Shown here one piece after another: positions 10,986 through 24,690 of a stretch of DNA of 64,000 nt. Each line of letters opens with the position of its first letter. Within the stretch, counting starts at the first letter, position 1. Made by a program: the position numbers and the translations under genes. This stretch comes from Octopus vulgaris (Eukaryota). The notes beneath the pieces are model-generated. The model searched no databases and was not told where the DNA came from. It saw nothing but the letters and a program-made list of their open reading frames with translations. Where the stretch lies: the NCBI GenBank assembly GCA_951406725.2, contig OX597814.1, positions 202,306,001 to 202,370,000 on the forward strand, read 5' to 3'.

Positions 10986-13789
10986 CGATGACGACGATGA
11001 CGACGATGACGATGATGGTAAATGTTTCCAAGTTATGAATTCTTTACTCTTCATATGATTTGTTAAATCTATAATTCGGAGAGGTGTGTGGAGCTTGGTA
11101 CCTGAGAGTTGAAGAATTTGAACTGTTATTTCTGTATTTCCCTTCTATATGTACATATGTGTATATATATAGGGGTTTTTTTCAGTTGTACTTTTTCTTT
11201 CTCTTTTTTTTGTCAATCCTGATTGTTTATTATTCTTAATATGCGTTTTGGTCTGAGAACACCGGATCTTCAATGGCGATATTATATTAAATTTGTTATG
11301 TTATATTTTTTCCCATCTTATTTATAATTGAACACAGAAGTAAACATCAAACTGTTTGCAAAGATATCATTTTCCAGTTCATTTCACTAGATCCTAATTA
11401 AGTCAGCGGTATCATTTTTTTTTCTCTTTTTCTTTCACAAGCTTAGAGCAAATAATAAGGAAAAGAAAAAAAAAAAAAAACGATGGCCGCGTTATTACTG
11501 ATTTCATGTAGTACGAATCTCCATCTTACTTATCAAGAAAACAGTAATGGTTGATCAGGAAAAAATATGATTGAGAAAAAGGTAAATCAGTGCTAAATGT
11601 CCTTGTACTCGTGTGTATTTTATGAAAGTAATAAGCTACAGGCTTCACTATTTAGGCAGTTTTCTTATTATATATTCCATTAACTAACTCTTTACTTTCC
11701 TGAGATGTTATTATTCCGCCTCGCTTTTGGTTCGTATCGTAACTATGTCCTTTTCAATGAATACATTCATAAGTTATAAATCTATTTCTGTAAACCAGTG
11801 TTAAAGGTATCAGAGCTAGACGTTGTATTTCCTAATTAGAAAATCCTTACTGCTCCCAGAGTTCGTTTGAAGGGTGATTTTTGGTTTTAGGTATATATAT
11901 CTGCGCAACTAATTATTATACGGAAGCAATCAGAAGAAAATGCAAATCGACTTTGATATCCCGAGTAAGCAGAAATTGTAGGCTTAAAAGTCGCTTATTA
12001 AACGATTTGTAAAAAACCCTCTTAGTATTTTGTTTTTATGTCTTAAAAGGTTTAACTTTTTTTATTAGCAACATTTTCAACTTCAGTGACGAAGTTGTTA
12101 AAGTAACTTCGAAAGACATACGAAGAATTTCAACCGTGTTTCGTGGTCTGCTACCACAACAGCTCCTTTATAGGATCCAGTTAGCTCAAGACATCATCAT
12201 GAGGAACCACGTCCGATTTCGGCCCCTACTCCTCTACCGTTTTGACGTGGTGCCCCTCCCCCACCTTTCGGAGGTGTCTTCATCTCTGGTGTTGGGTGCA
12301 TGTCTTTCTTCTTTCTTTTGTTCCTTGGCCTCTTCGATGTATCGTCAACGAGTGTCAGCGGGCGACTGACTGCCTTGTCAAATTTCCCTTTAAACACATG
12401 CTGCTAGGCTTCAGCAGGCAGCCCCAGCAAGTTGTCACGTGACACTGTCTCAACTTTAACTGACAAAAGGCGCGTAGTCTTAGCCCACGCATTCTCTAAA
12501 TGAGACCGTCGCCGGCACATTTCTGTAAACACATTTAGTAAGAAGGATTAACAGGAAAATAAACCAATTCCCAAACAATAATGAAAATAAAACCTACAGA
12601 CGTATAGAAATAGAATTCAAATTATTTAACCGAAGAAAATATTAATCTAATATTGAAGAGGTCACGAATAACAACGCAAGGACATTGACAAACAAACAAC
12701 ATGTTGATTGTTTAACCAACACATTAAACAAACGATCAATTAGATAGTTGGTTAAGTATTTAACCAATTACGTTAACATATAATTAAATTAATATATTTC
12801 CATTGAATAACGACCTTTACAATGTGACTTTCAAGCATTCACATATTTATGTCGTTTACTCAGAACTAGCAAATGCACCCGTCCTTTGGACGGTTTAAGT
12901 TGCTTTGGTGATATTTTTTTTCACCAAATAATTGAACTACCGAGAAGGTTTATGTGTAGCACGGCAATCTGTTTCCGATTAACCAAGGAACGGAAAATCA
13001 AATTGAAGGTTGGCTATTGTGGAGGCCGTTGCACTTTAATGATAATAGAACATATAAGTTTGCAGGCGATGCAAAGTATAGCCACTGAAGTGTTTTGGGA
13101 GAAGATTACGGATAATGACTATAAAATATAGTTGTTTTACATGAAAGCGAAATTTCTTGTCAGAAACAGCCACATAAATGGTGTAAGGAAATTGAAGGAA
13201 GACGTTGAAACTTCCTTTCTGCGAGTTTATCTTATTCAACAGCAAAGGGAGCTATTTTTTCAGAGAGATAAGCTAACAAAAGCCCCTTTATTCTCTCTTC
13301 CCACATAACCTGCGCATAAACTAACAGCGAATGCCGCGTAGAGTTAAATTGGTATGGAGCTTTCTGAAAGATACGTATAGCTTTCGCTAGTGGAAGCAAA
13401 ACTTATTTAAAGGTTGATTCTTTGGGACAAATCATATGTGATTGTTTAAAAAAAGGCTAGAACCTCAATGCTAAAACGTATTTGAAACAATGGGCAACAG
13501 TCGAAATATCATAATGGATGGGAAATAAGCATCCTTAAAATGAAACAACGCGTTGGTAGATAAACAAAGGTATCAACAAACAGACGAGAGGAAAAGGAAC
13601 ATCACCTTTCAATTAACTCAGAATAGGTAAAGGTAAGATTGCCAAAGTTTAATGCAGTTTAAATATGAAGATTAAGATTGTTTGGTATTTGATATTCATG
13701 GCGTACAGTGTTCCTGGTCACTTTAATCATCATGGCAGGTGCACAGTCGAAATAAATAAATAGATAAAATCCTTTCACTTTTATAAAAA

Positions 13790-14007
13790 AAAGATTAGAA
13801 ATGTATAGAAGACCCTACATACAAAAAATTATGTCCGTTTACGTCCATTTACGTGGGAGCTCTGGGCAAAATGTTATAGAGCATGACCATCCTTGGGACA
13901 TTAGTAATATATGTGTAAAATTTGGTGAAAATCAGTCGAGAATTGTGAAAACGTATGCGTCAGTCATTACACACACACACACACACTGCGATTTATATAT
14001 ACTAGAT
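13790..14007. mobile_element. Helitron/Helentron-associated non-autonomous element end
   Basis: tgtgtaaaatttggtgaaaatc...(ca)n...tttatatatactagat layout resembles HINE/DINE-like ends; mirrored by elements at 61090-62520. Confidence 0.45.
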
Positions 14008-14518
14008 AACCAAATTTATTTTTTGTATTTTCCCTTTCACTATCATGTTAAATTGCCATAAACGATCCTTATTCATAAAATGAGTAATGTAAGACTATAT
14101 ATCTATCCCTCACACACAATATATCCATCCCTCACTGTAATTTATTTCTACTGGACAAGAAACTAAAGCATTTTACCACTCCCGTTTTCAATAAATCCGT
14201 TGTTTCTGAAATTAAGGGATGTGGTTGGGTGCTGCCTTAAATATACACACCCATTGTTCGTACATTCCTCGCGTTCAACATCTCACATATTTATAATCCT
14301 TTCATAGAATTGTCATATGTCGCAAAATGTCTGGCGGCGTATCACCTAAAACATATTCTAAGTGGCGTTTTATGAAATACACAAACTTGCGTTATGTTGC
14401 TTGATGTTACATAATGCTATATGCCAAGTTACATAATGCACCAGCATCTTAAATATAAATACTACGGAAACACGCGTAGTAATACGCAAAATATCCATTC
14501 GTTTTATCCTTATTACTA

Positions 14519-14815
14519 TGGCTCAGTGGTTAGAGCGTCGAGCTTACGATCGCGAGGTTGTGAGTTCGATTCCCGAACAGGGCTGCGTGTTGTGTTCTTG
14601 AGCAAGACACTTTATTTCACGTTGCTTCAGTTCACTCAGCTGTGTCAAGCTGTATTGGCTTTGTCTTTCCCTTGGATAATACTGGTGGCGTGAAGAGGGA
14701 AGGCCGGTATGCATGGGCGACTACTGGACTTTCATAATCAACCTTTCCCGGACTTGTCCCTCAGAGGGTAACTTTCTAGGTGCAATCCCACGGTCATTCA
14801 TGACCGAAGAGGATC
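14519..14815 (+). mobile_element. tRNA-derived SINE with CORE/Meta-like central domain
   Basis: tggctcagtggttagagcg...gagttcgattccc head followed by gtgttcttgagcaagacact domain. Confidence 0.8.
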
Positions 14816-14836
14816 TCAACTCAACTATGTATGTAT

Positions 14837-15227
14837 CAGAGACGTGCCGTCTATGTAGGCAAGGTAGGCACTGCCTACCTTGATAGCAACATTTTCCTTT
14901 TATGGCAAAATATGCGCCTAATTCAATAAAATTATGAAGGTACTCTAATTACTATGCATAAAATGCAAAATATTTTATTTTTTTGTAGATTAGGTAAGCA
15001 TAATTCACCTCTGCCTTTCAATCTCAGTATCTAAGCTACGCATAGTACTGCTGTAGTATACGTGTTGTATGCACTCCTACAACAACGTTTTCTTTACATG
15101 TTATAAAGGCAGAAGTAAATCTGCTTTCAACTCAGTCGCGCGCCTGTATTTCGCTTATTTTTGTGTGTTTTACTACATAAAGGTCACCAGCTGCCTACCC
15201 TGAGTAACTACTGACAGCACGTGCCTG
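14837..15227. mobile_element. Non-autonomous hAT element (MITE) with 8-bp TSD
   Basis: Imperfect TIRs cagagacgtgccgtc / gacagcacgtgcctg; gtatgtat directly on both sides (14829-14836, 15228-15235); internal tgcctacc repeats. Confidence 0.75.
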
Positions 15228-15599
15228 GTATGTATGTATGTATGTATGTATGTATGTATGTATGCATGCATGCAGGCATGTGAAATGGTTAGTTCCTGGA
15301 TTTTCAAGCAGAAATTGAATTGAATCTGCAGCCTCAATGTTTCAGCTACCTTCTTTTCTTTCTTGCATCAATATGCACTTGGAGGTTTACGAGTCAACAC
15401 CCTTGATCGACATCAATTCAATCTAGATAACCTACGAAAAAGAAAAAAAGAAAAATATTGCTGTGAACCCTAAAACCTTTATTGACACCTACTAAAATGT
15501 TACTCACCTGAATGGGTCTATATAAACCACTTTGAAAAACCCTACATGTCAAGATTTTATTCATTCCCGAGGGTCTTTATGAACTATTTTGGAAAGCCA

Positions 15600-15890
15600 T
15601 GACAGACAGAATTTACTCTCCCGCGGATAGCAGGATTGCAGGATCCCTAAACAGATGTTATATGGGGAACTTGTTAGAGAAAAGAGACCCACAACAGAAA
15701 CCAAGGCTGCGATTTAAGGACTATGTCAAGTCCTCATTAAAGGCCTGTGGTATGCAGGAGACCATCTGGGAGAGCAATACCTGTCATTGCCGCAGATGGA
15801 GGGAGCAGGTTAAGGAGTTGGGGTCGACACCTTTGAAAAAATCACATATTCTTCATGAAGTATTTAAGCGCGATGCTCGAAGGCGCACTG
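15600..15890 (+). mobile_element. RTE-clade LINE 3' coding remnant
   Basis: KQMLYGEL...KPRLRFKDYVKSSLKACG..WE....RRWR across a frameshift, typical of the RTE ORF C-terminus. Confidence 0.7.
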
Positions 15891-17351
15891 AAATTTGAGA
15901 CATTGTGTTTATGTCAGAAACACAATTAGTTACAGTCTGATTTCAATTCCTGCCGAGGGAAACTTTGTTTTTCATCCTTCCTAGGTCAATAAAATAATAT
16001 ACCAATCAAGTACTGGGGTCACTTTGAACGACCGAACCCTTCCCTACAAATAAGTCAATATTTCGAATTAGTTGTCTAGGAGCCTGGAATTTCTGTTGTT
16101 CTTTTGAAGTACCAAATCGATGCTAATTGAGCCGACTGAGAAGCCCTGGTTGTGAAACGTTTATTCACCCTTCCCAGGGGATCTGGACCACTTCGAGAAA
16201 TATTTACACTCAAACTTTTATTCCGCCTCCATGCTTGCAAGTTTGTAAGAGGCTTTGAGAAGCCCTGATCTCAAGATAATTCATTCCTTATTCAACGGAG
16301 ATCCTGCAGCGGTTTTTATTGTTTTAAAACACAATAAATGTTACTCAATTATTTTTTTATTACACGGATGTAAAATATTTTGCTATACCACTATTTGCAA
16401 TGAAAATAGATCGATTTCTATTGAAAATAAATAATTGTATGATTAGCCAACTTTTTCATTTTTGAAGACCAACAACAAAACAAACAATTAAATGGAACTG
16501 ATACGCTTATTTTTGTCGCATATCATTTTTCTCGACAATATCTGATTCATTATTCGCAGCTTTACCAAGCAGGTGTATAGCGTCCGCCATTACGCACCGC
16601 TACACTTCTTGGCGTTCTTATTTTATTGCAGCCATAAAATATTTAGTATTTATTTATAAATAAATAAATACCTGTCATATAAATTCTTCGACAAGTTGTT
16701 TTATTAAATGTCTATATACCGCAGCAAAATAAAAGCAACTGCTGTAGTTATTGTTGTTAATGGCCAAAGAAAAATAGATAACAATTCACCATTCTCTCGC
16801 CAGCTTTTCAATGCATCGTGCCTGTGTGTTAGGTAGTCAACATACGATACACAAACGAACGATGTAATCTCCTGGCGAACTGAAGCTGGCCTTTTTATTT
16901 ATGATATAATTATGTCACGTAGTAAAGGCGGGGAATTGATGAAATCGCTTAGGCCTTGTATTCATAGCAGGCCTTTACATTTTAAGTTCAAACCCCACCA
17001 AGGGCTGATTTTTTTTTCTTTAGCCTTTCATTCATCCATGATCGATAGAATGAAATACAGGGGTCGATTTAATAGACTAACCCTTATCCTGAAATTTAAA
17101 ACATTGTGTTTATGTCAGAAACACAATTACTTACAGTCTGAGTTCAATTCCTGTCGAGGGAAACTTTGTTTTTCATACTTCCGAGGTCAATAAAATAATG
17201 TACCCATCAAGTACTGGGGCCACTTTGAACAACCGAACCCTTACCTACAAATAAGTCAATATTTCGAATTAGTTGTCTTGGAGCCTGGAATCTGTTGTTT
17301 TTTTGTTTTGTTTTTTTGAAGTACCAAATCGATGCTAATTGGATCGACTGA
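15888..17351 (+). repeat. Local ~250-bp direct duplication (15888-16139 and 17089-17351)
   Basis: Near-identical text ctgaaattt...acattgtgtttatgtcagaaacacaatt...aaatcgatgctaattg. Confidence 0.85.
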
Positions 17352-17615
17352 TTATGAAGAGTATACTAGCCGTGACCATCTCGTCTTTTTGTACGGCTAC
17401 ATTCGATATTGTTCAATGCAATCTCTCCATTTATATTTTTTAAGACGCTACGATGTGACTGGAGGGAGATTTTCACTGCTATTTTAGCATGTCAAATTAC
17501 CACATAGAGACTCCTTCGTTTTCTCGAAGAATATTCGATTTTCGAGTAATGGATGACGAATCGAAGATATTTTCTTATGTCGGCGCTTAGTTACTAATTG
17601 TATTATATTTATTCT

Positions 17616-17862
17616 GGAGGCACGTAGCTTAGTGGTTAGGGTGTCAGCATCATGATCGTAAGATTGTGGTTTCGATTCCTGAACCGGGCGGCGTGTGGTG
17701 TTCTTGAGTTAAGCACTTCATTTCATGTTGCTCCAGTTCACTCAGCTGGCAAAAATGAGTAACGCTGCGATGGACTGGTGTCCCGTCCAACTGGGGAACA
17801 CATACGCCATTGAAACCGGGAAACCGGGCCCATGAGCCTGGCTAGGCTTTAAAAGGGCGCAT
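17616..17862 (+). mobile_element. tRNA-derived SINE
   Basis: ggaggcacgtagcttagtggttaggg...ggtttcgattcc head plus the shared central domain. Confidence 0.8.
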
Positions 17863-17906
17863 TTATTTTTTATTTTTATTATATGTATTACCCTCTCAGG
17901 ATTTTT

Positions 17907-18322
17907 GGGATCTTTTCGGTTTGAACGGCAGTTTTTAACATAATTTCTAGGTAAATAAAAAATTTTAAACTTCGTATACTGGTAGAATGTGTTTATAAAA
18001 CATCCTTTTCTCTTGGCTTTATTGAGAAAATTCTATAGTTTGTAAGATATCTGTTGTTCTTTTTCTGCAATTTCTGCAATTTCAACCAATCAAATACGTC
18101 TATTGAGGTAAAAAATATTCTGTGCCGTATGAATATGTCCCTCGTTTCAGAAACAGATTGGGTTTATTTACATTTCTGAAGAAAAAAAAGATACCCTCCC
18201 CCCCCTAACCCTAACCCTAAAATAGATTGAAATGCAATAGATCGATACTAGGGTAATAATTATGGGTGACAATTTCATATGACACCGCTAGAAAAAACTG
18301 CCGTTCAAATCGAAAATATCCC
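17907..18322. mobile_element. MITE with ~30-bp TIRs and internal (CCCTAA)3
   Basis: gggatcttttcggtttgaacggcagttttt / aaaaactgccgttcaaatcgaaaatatccc. Confidence 0.8.
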
Positions 18323-18915
18323 AAACTTTTCGGTCTATCGATGAACCATTGAATTAATGTCTATCGTTAATCATTTAGAAGTAAAACAATAACACTTAGA
18401 CAACAATATGATGTCGTGGGAAGTTGTAGCTATAATGTCAACATTGTGACTCGTAATTAAACACTATGAGAAATAAAACTTGTAATGTTAAAATGATTTC
18501 TTTTGTTTAATTTCGTCATAAATATCGAGAATAACGAAGAAATAAATGCAAGAAAGATTTGAAATGATTTTATAATTGGAATACTTAAACTGCATAAAGA
18601 ATTGTTGTAATCATCATAAAATTGCTTAGAGAGCAGAACACGGCAAAGTTATGAGACATTTTAACTGGCGTAGGTTGACGACGCCATGATGGCGTTTTAT
18701 TACATTTGTAGTAAAGTAAAAACCGTTATTTTGGATAATTAGTAAGCCAAGAATGACAACTTCGGTTCGTCTTATCTTTCAAATTCACATAAAAAGTCTT
18801 CATTGTTTCAAATATTATCAAGAGTCACTTGTACTCATTCAATATTTCAATAAGGAAGGTTTGTTCCAAAACGTCTTATTGTACACTGACATATCTTTAT
18901 GCATTTCTTAATGAG

Positions 18916-18939
18916 TTCTTCTTCTTCTTATTATTATTA

Positions 18940-18983
<44 letters not shown>

Positions 18984-19065
18984 GTTATTATTATTATTAT
19001 TGTTGTTATTATTATTATTATTATTGTTAATATTATTATTATTGTTGTTATTATTATTATTGTTG

Positions 19066-19100
<35 letters not shown>
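18916..19100. repeat. (TTC)n-(ATT/GTT)n microsatellite, left flank of the LINE array
   Basis: Directly abuts the first base of copy 1. Confidence 0.95.
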
Positions 19101-19101
<1 letters not shown>

Positions 19102-19321
19102 CTTCCGACGCCGATGGACGTACGTGAATCAGCTCTGTGAGTTTTGTGCCAATTTTATTGGAAATTTTTTGAATAAGCTTTGAATATTTTTTAATATTTT
19201 TGTAGCCAAACCGACCGGCTTCTTGCGGAGCTCGTCGGTTGGGCGAAATTTTGCCCCATTCGGGGTGAAATTACTGTCTATCCTTTTGAAATTGACATTT
19301 TTTGCACACACACATTACAAA

Positions 19322-20354
19322 ATGGCACTAAAACGAGCTGCTGGCTCTTCCCTCCTTCTTGCAACACCCCCCTACAAGAACAAAAAAAATAACGTCACGG
19401 GTTACGTACAACCCATTTCAGGCCGTAAAAGGCAACAAAGCTCCTCCTTCCGAACCGGAGAGCACGCGCTCGGTTCAAAAGGAGAATGCATGCCAGGACG
19501 TCGCGTTCGACGTCACTCTTGATTTCCCCCCTCTGCCTTCAACAAGTGATGCTGTACCGAAGGGGAGGTAAAGAAAATTATAACAGACACAAACACAGAC
19601 AAGAACCAACAAAAAACTGTAAAAGCTTCTAACGATTTTGCTTCTGCTGCGAAGCAAATTTCGGAAGATGTAGAAATTACAATGGAGGACATAAAAATGG
19701 CACAAGATTTGTTGAGAAAGGAGGGGAACAGTGTTTTCCTCAACACACCTCAACAACTCACACAAGAAACAAGCAAAAGAACAATCTTTTATAAAGTCTT
19801 CGAAAAGAAAACTAAAAGATTGTTTAACGCCACACCACAACAGTTGGAGATGGCTCTGAAGCCCATTTGGGGCCAGAAGAGCTATGTGACAAGAGGGAAG
19901 CGATTTGGAACCGTGGAGGTTCGCTTCCCAACAGAGGAGCTTGCAAGGGCAAACGCCATTTCGCCCTTGCAAAATGAACATTTGTTCCTCGTCCCGACGT
20001 ACCTCGGGCGTAAGGTACAAAAAATAACCATAAGCACAATACCCCCCGAACAGAAAATCTCATGGCTAGTGGCGGCTGTCCTCTATGGCATAGAGGACAC
20101 TGCCACTATTCTGAATGTTCGGAGGGTACGAGAAAAGAACTGGTCAGGCATGGGTATTCAACTGCTGGTACAGATCCAGCAGGAAAACATCAATGCCATA
20201 CCTGACTTTGTCATCTTGCTGGATGGGACCAGGCTAAATGTTATTGTAGAGGGGCGAAAGCCAAAATGTTTCCTCTGCAGTAGCGAAAGCCACCTAAAAA
20301 GGGACTGCCCCATTCAAAAAAAGAGAATGGAGGAGTATAGCAAGAGGCAGCAGC

Positions 20355-20394
<40 letters not shown>

Positions 20395-21217
20395 CAAGCA
20401 ACAACAACAGAAACAACAAAAACAGCAAGAAAAACCAAAGGCTGCCACACCACCAACACCATCACCAACACCAGCACCAAGACGAACAACACCACCTCCA
20501 ACAACAACAACCACCACCAAACCAACACCGACAACCACCACCAAACCAACACCGACACCAGTACCTCGAAGGTCGACAGCAGCGACATCAACAGTAACAG
20601 GAGCAGCGGCACCACCGATACCGGCGGAACCAGAAACTTTTCGTCCTGCTACTGAAGCAGACCCCTCAACCATTCCTTTGCCGGATGAAGAGATCTCGGA
20701 TTGTGCGAGCTCGGATTCCAACAAAGGAGAATGGAATATAGTACCTCCAAAAAAGAAAAGGAGGAAAAAACAAAAAGTTTTACAGGGGAAGCACGAACAA
20801 ATAGTACTTCCCAACATCAACAACAACATCAACAACAACACACACTCACAACAACAAACAACAACAACAACACTTTCGACACCACTACTGCCACTACCAC
20901 AGACACAAACAAACACAGACACAATTACAGACACGATTACAGCAGTGAATACAAGAAACCAGGAACTGGTTGAGTATTTGAAAAACAAAACAAGCACAAA
21001 CATTACAGATTTCATAATACCTACACACAACACACCACCAGCACACATTCTCACAATAAAAATAAACAAAACAGTGTACAATGAAATAAAACAAATATTC
21101 CCTAACGATGTGGGATCGTTAGGGAAAAGTTTCTCTCAGAAACTTTACAAAAATATTATTGAAGCACCCGTGCAAAAGCACAAGGGAGCCACCCCCACCA
21201 CCAACAACAGTAAGTAG
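19322..21217 (+). pseudogene. ORF1 (CCHC knuckle), copy 1; two opposing homopolymer indels near 19385 and 19563
   Basis: ATG MALKRAAG at 19322 by homology with intact copies 3 and 4; CFLCSSESHLKRDC knuckle; Q15 tract. Confidence 0.8.
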
Positions 21218-21256
21218 AGCCTTTTTTCTCCTTTTTTTTCCCCTAATTCTTGAGAC

Positions 21257-24200
21257 ATGGCAAATCTTAGAATCGGTTGCTTGAATGTGAGAGGCCTCGG
21301 GTCACCTTGGAAACAGGGTCACCTGTTAAACGACCTGAGGTTTCATGATGTGGATATAGCAGCCATCAGTGAAACCAGGCTCTCCGACCCGCAGGAACTC
21401 GCAGCCCTTTTCGGCGGATACGAGATATTTCTATCTCCGTGTCGGCCGGGAGCGGGCGGTGGTGGTACTGCGGTGTTGTTTCGGAAGGGCCTGGACCTGA
21501 AAATAAGGACAGTCTTCTTGGATCCGGAAGGTAAGTTGGTGGTCCTCGACGTCGACGGTAGTGACGGCGGTGCTTTCAGACTGCTGGCTGCCTACGCTCC
21601 GACAGGAGCAGGGCAGTCGGATTATTTCAAACGTCTGGAAGTTTTCCTGGGAACGTCACGCACTCTAGTACTAGTTGGGGATTGGAACGCTGTCTTAGAC
21701 GAACGTTTCGATCGGGTGGGCAGGGGAGCGTCTGATAGGAGAGGGGAGGGTGCAAGAGCCTCGCCAACCTACTCGGCCGCTTTCAGCTGTCCGACAGGTT
21801 TCGACTAGACAACCCGAATGTGCCAATGTGGACTTGGACAAACCGCATCGGGTCGTCTAGATCGTACTTAGATAGAGTGTTTTGTAGGCCAGCGGATAAG
21901 GACAGCGTAGGGTGTCCACAATTCCACCTAGTCGAATATACGGACCACAAATTAGTGATCTGTACGGTCGACTTAGATAGGCTACATAGACAGGGACCCG
22001 GCTACTGGAAGCTGAACGCGTCGTTAACGGCGTGCAAAGCTTACAGAGACCGGATTAGTTTACTAGTTAAGCGGGCGCTCACGGGGGCAATCATCAACAA
22101 CAACTGGTGGTTTGCCCTCAAGAGAGCAATTAGAGTAGAGTCGATTAGGTATAGTAAGACTCTAGCTATTGAACGTAGGAAGAGAGAGCGGGATTTAGTT
22201 AAGAAACTAGACGAGGCTCTTGACACTGGCATCGCGACCGACGTGTTGGCGGCAAGGTTGGCCCTCGACCAACACTTCGACGCCAAACACGAAGGCTGCG
22301 TTGTCAGAGCTAAGGCACGTTCGCTAAGCGGGGAGGGGACTAGAGCCGCTCGATGGGCCCGCGTGGCGGAGGCGAAGCGAGGCAACAGAGCAACCATTCG
22401 GTCTTTGGTGGACCAGAACGGGCGCGAGGTTACCCAACCGAAGCAGATGTGTACGGTACTTCAGCGGCACTTTGCTCAACTGTTTGGGACGAGCGGTGGA
22501 ACGGACACCAACGGTACAGACTTCGGTGTGTACCTGGACGGACTGCCGCAACTCTCGGACAGCGAGGCAGAGTGCTGCGAAGGACCGATATCTGCCTGGG
22601 AAGTACAGGAAGCGATGAAGAGTTGCACGAGAGGTAGATCGCCGGGTTTGGATGGTCTGCCCTACGAGCTTTACTTTTCAATGCCAGACTTGTTTGCGGA
22701 CCTGTTGGCAAACGTCTACTGCAACTGGCAGCAAAACGGGAGAATTCCTGCTTTTGTCTGTCGAGGGGTGGTGGCTTTGCTAAAGAAGGACCCAAACAAG
22801 GGGGACGTTATAGGGAATTTCCGGCCCATCACTCTGCTCAATGCAGAGTTGAAGATTTTGGCCAAGGTGCTAGCCAAGAGATTGGCGCTTGTCGTGGACA
22901 AGCTGGTCGGCGGGACGCAGACATGCGCCGTGCCGACCAGGTCGATACACGACAACCTCCATCTCATGCGCTACATCATAGAGAGGGTGGGTAACGACGC
23001 TGGCGCGGGTGGGGCTTTGATCAACTTGGATCAGAGTAAAGCCTTCGATAGGGTCGACCATCGGTACCTGGCAGCTGTCCTCAAGGCAGCCGGCTTCGGT
23101 CCAGTCTTCCGCGGGTGGATCGCTGCTTTATACAGCAACATCTGCTCGGTGATACGGGTGAACGGTCACCTTTCGGAACCGTTCGACATCTCGCGTTCGG
23201 TCCGCCAAGGATGCCCTCTCTCCTCCCTCTTGTACATTTTGACTCTCGAGCCATTACTGCGCAAGTTGGAGGCTTTGAGGGGCATCCCGCGCGATCTAGG
23301 AGGCGGAAACAGCGTGTCTGCTTATGCCGACGACGTCACCGTGGTGGTGTCGAGCCACAGGCACATTGGCCTGATTGGCGAGACGCTAAACCAGTACGAA
23401 GCGGTGACAGGGGCAAAGATTAACGCGGAAAAGTCTGTGGGCTTGCAACTGGGCACCTGGAGAGGCAAGCCCATGCCGTCCAACAGCGTCGTAGGGCGCT
23501 GGACAGACGGACCCGTTAAACTGCTCGGGGTCTGGTTCGGTCCGGACCTCCAGGTGGATAAGAACTGGGAAGAGGTGACGAGCAGGGTGGCACGTCTCAC
23601 CCAGAAATGGGCCGAGAGGAAGCTGTCCCTGAAAGGTCGAGCGGAGGTGGCGAATGCGTACATCGCATCCGTCATCTATTACCGCTTGACCGTCGTCCCT
23701 TGTCCCGACCGCTGGTTGGCCAAGCTGGTACACCTGCTCTTCGACTTTTTGTGGAAGGGTCAGGTGCCACTGGTCAGGCGATCCATCTGCTGTCAACGAC
23801 CGCTGAACGGAGGCCTTGGAATGCCGTGGTTGCTGTTGCGCAGACATGCGCTCAGGCTGCGGCATCTCAAGCGCTTCCTAGACGGTGAACAGGTGTGGTC
23901 GTCTTTTGTCAGACGCGATTTTCCGCAGCTCGTCTCTTTGACGGAGCTGCAGACCTGGATCAAACGTAGACCGAGAAAGGGCGCTTGGCACCTCGAGTGC
24001 CGTCAAGCCCTCTCCGCCCTCCACCAGGCGGGCAATGCGGTCGGTTACAGCTCCACTCTAGCGTTCTATAGAGGGTTAGTGGAGGAAAAATGCGACGACG
24101 TTCTCGGGGAAACTCTAGGCGTTGAAGACGACGAACTGAGCGGTCTGTTCGGGAGGACTTTCGGGCCGGGGCCGATGGATAATTTCCAGAGGTCTCTCGC

Positions 24201-24690
24201 CTGGCAGTGCTACCGAGGGGCTCTGCCTGTTCGAGATAAACTCTACCGGCACGGAAGTGCCGTCAGCCGGGCCTGCCCGAGGTGTTGCCAGGACGACGAA
24301 ACCGTTCTGCACGCACTCGTCCAGTGCCCGAGTATTGCTGAAATATGGGTTTATGTCGAACAGCTACTGTCACGTGTAGGACGGATCCGACTATCGGCCG
24401 AATCCATAGTGAAGATTGCCCCGCCGACCTCCTTTAACAAGGAGGGCGAGGCCGTTTTCTTGTGCCTTGTGGCTGTGGCGAAAGAAGTCGTGTGGTGGAC
24501 TCGTTTGAAAGGGCTAAAGTCAGACACTTTCCTCTTTGGTCAAGGCCTCATCAACTTTTTCAAGTTTCACTTGAAAAGGAAGATGAGGTTAGAGAGGAAA
24601 GTGCTGTCCGATAGCAAGTTTTATGAAAGGTGGGTGAATTGTGCGAGACTGGCCTGTATAAATGGACCAGTTCTCAGGTTTCGCCTGTGA
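21257..24690 (+). pseudogene. ORF2 (APE-RT-zf), copy 1; 1-nt deletion in G-run near 21745
   Basis: Track ORFs 21257-21808 and 21820-24690 together match intact copy 2. Confidence 0.85.

Noticed and set aside
12136-12450. GC-richer patch with a basic minus-strand peptide; also the Gln-rich patch at 56730-56935
   Set aside because: Possibly decayed retroelement ORF1 pieces, but no diagnostic motif is intact.
14519-14585. tRNA-like sequences here and at 17616, 51047 and 59470
   Set aside because: They lack a complete acceptor stem and continue into SINE bodies, so they are SINE heads rather than tRNA genes.
18203-18220. (CCCTAA)3 telomeric motif
   Set aside because: Only three units, internal to a TIR-bounded MITE; not evidence of a telomere.
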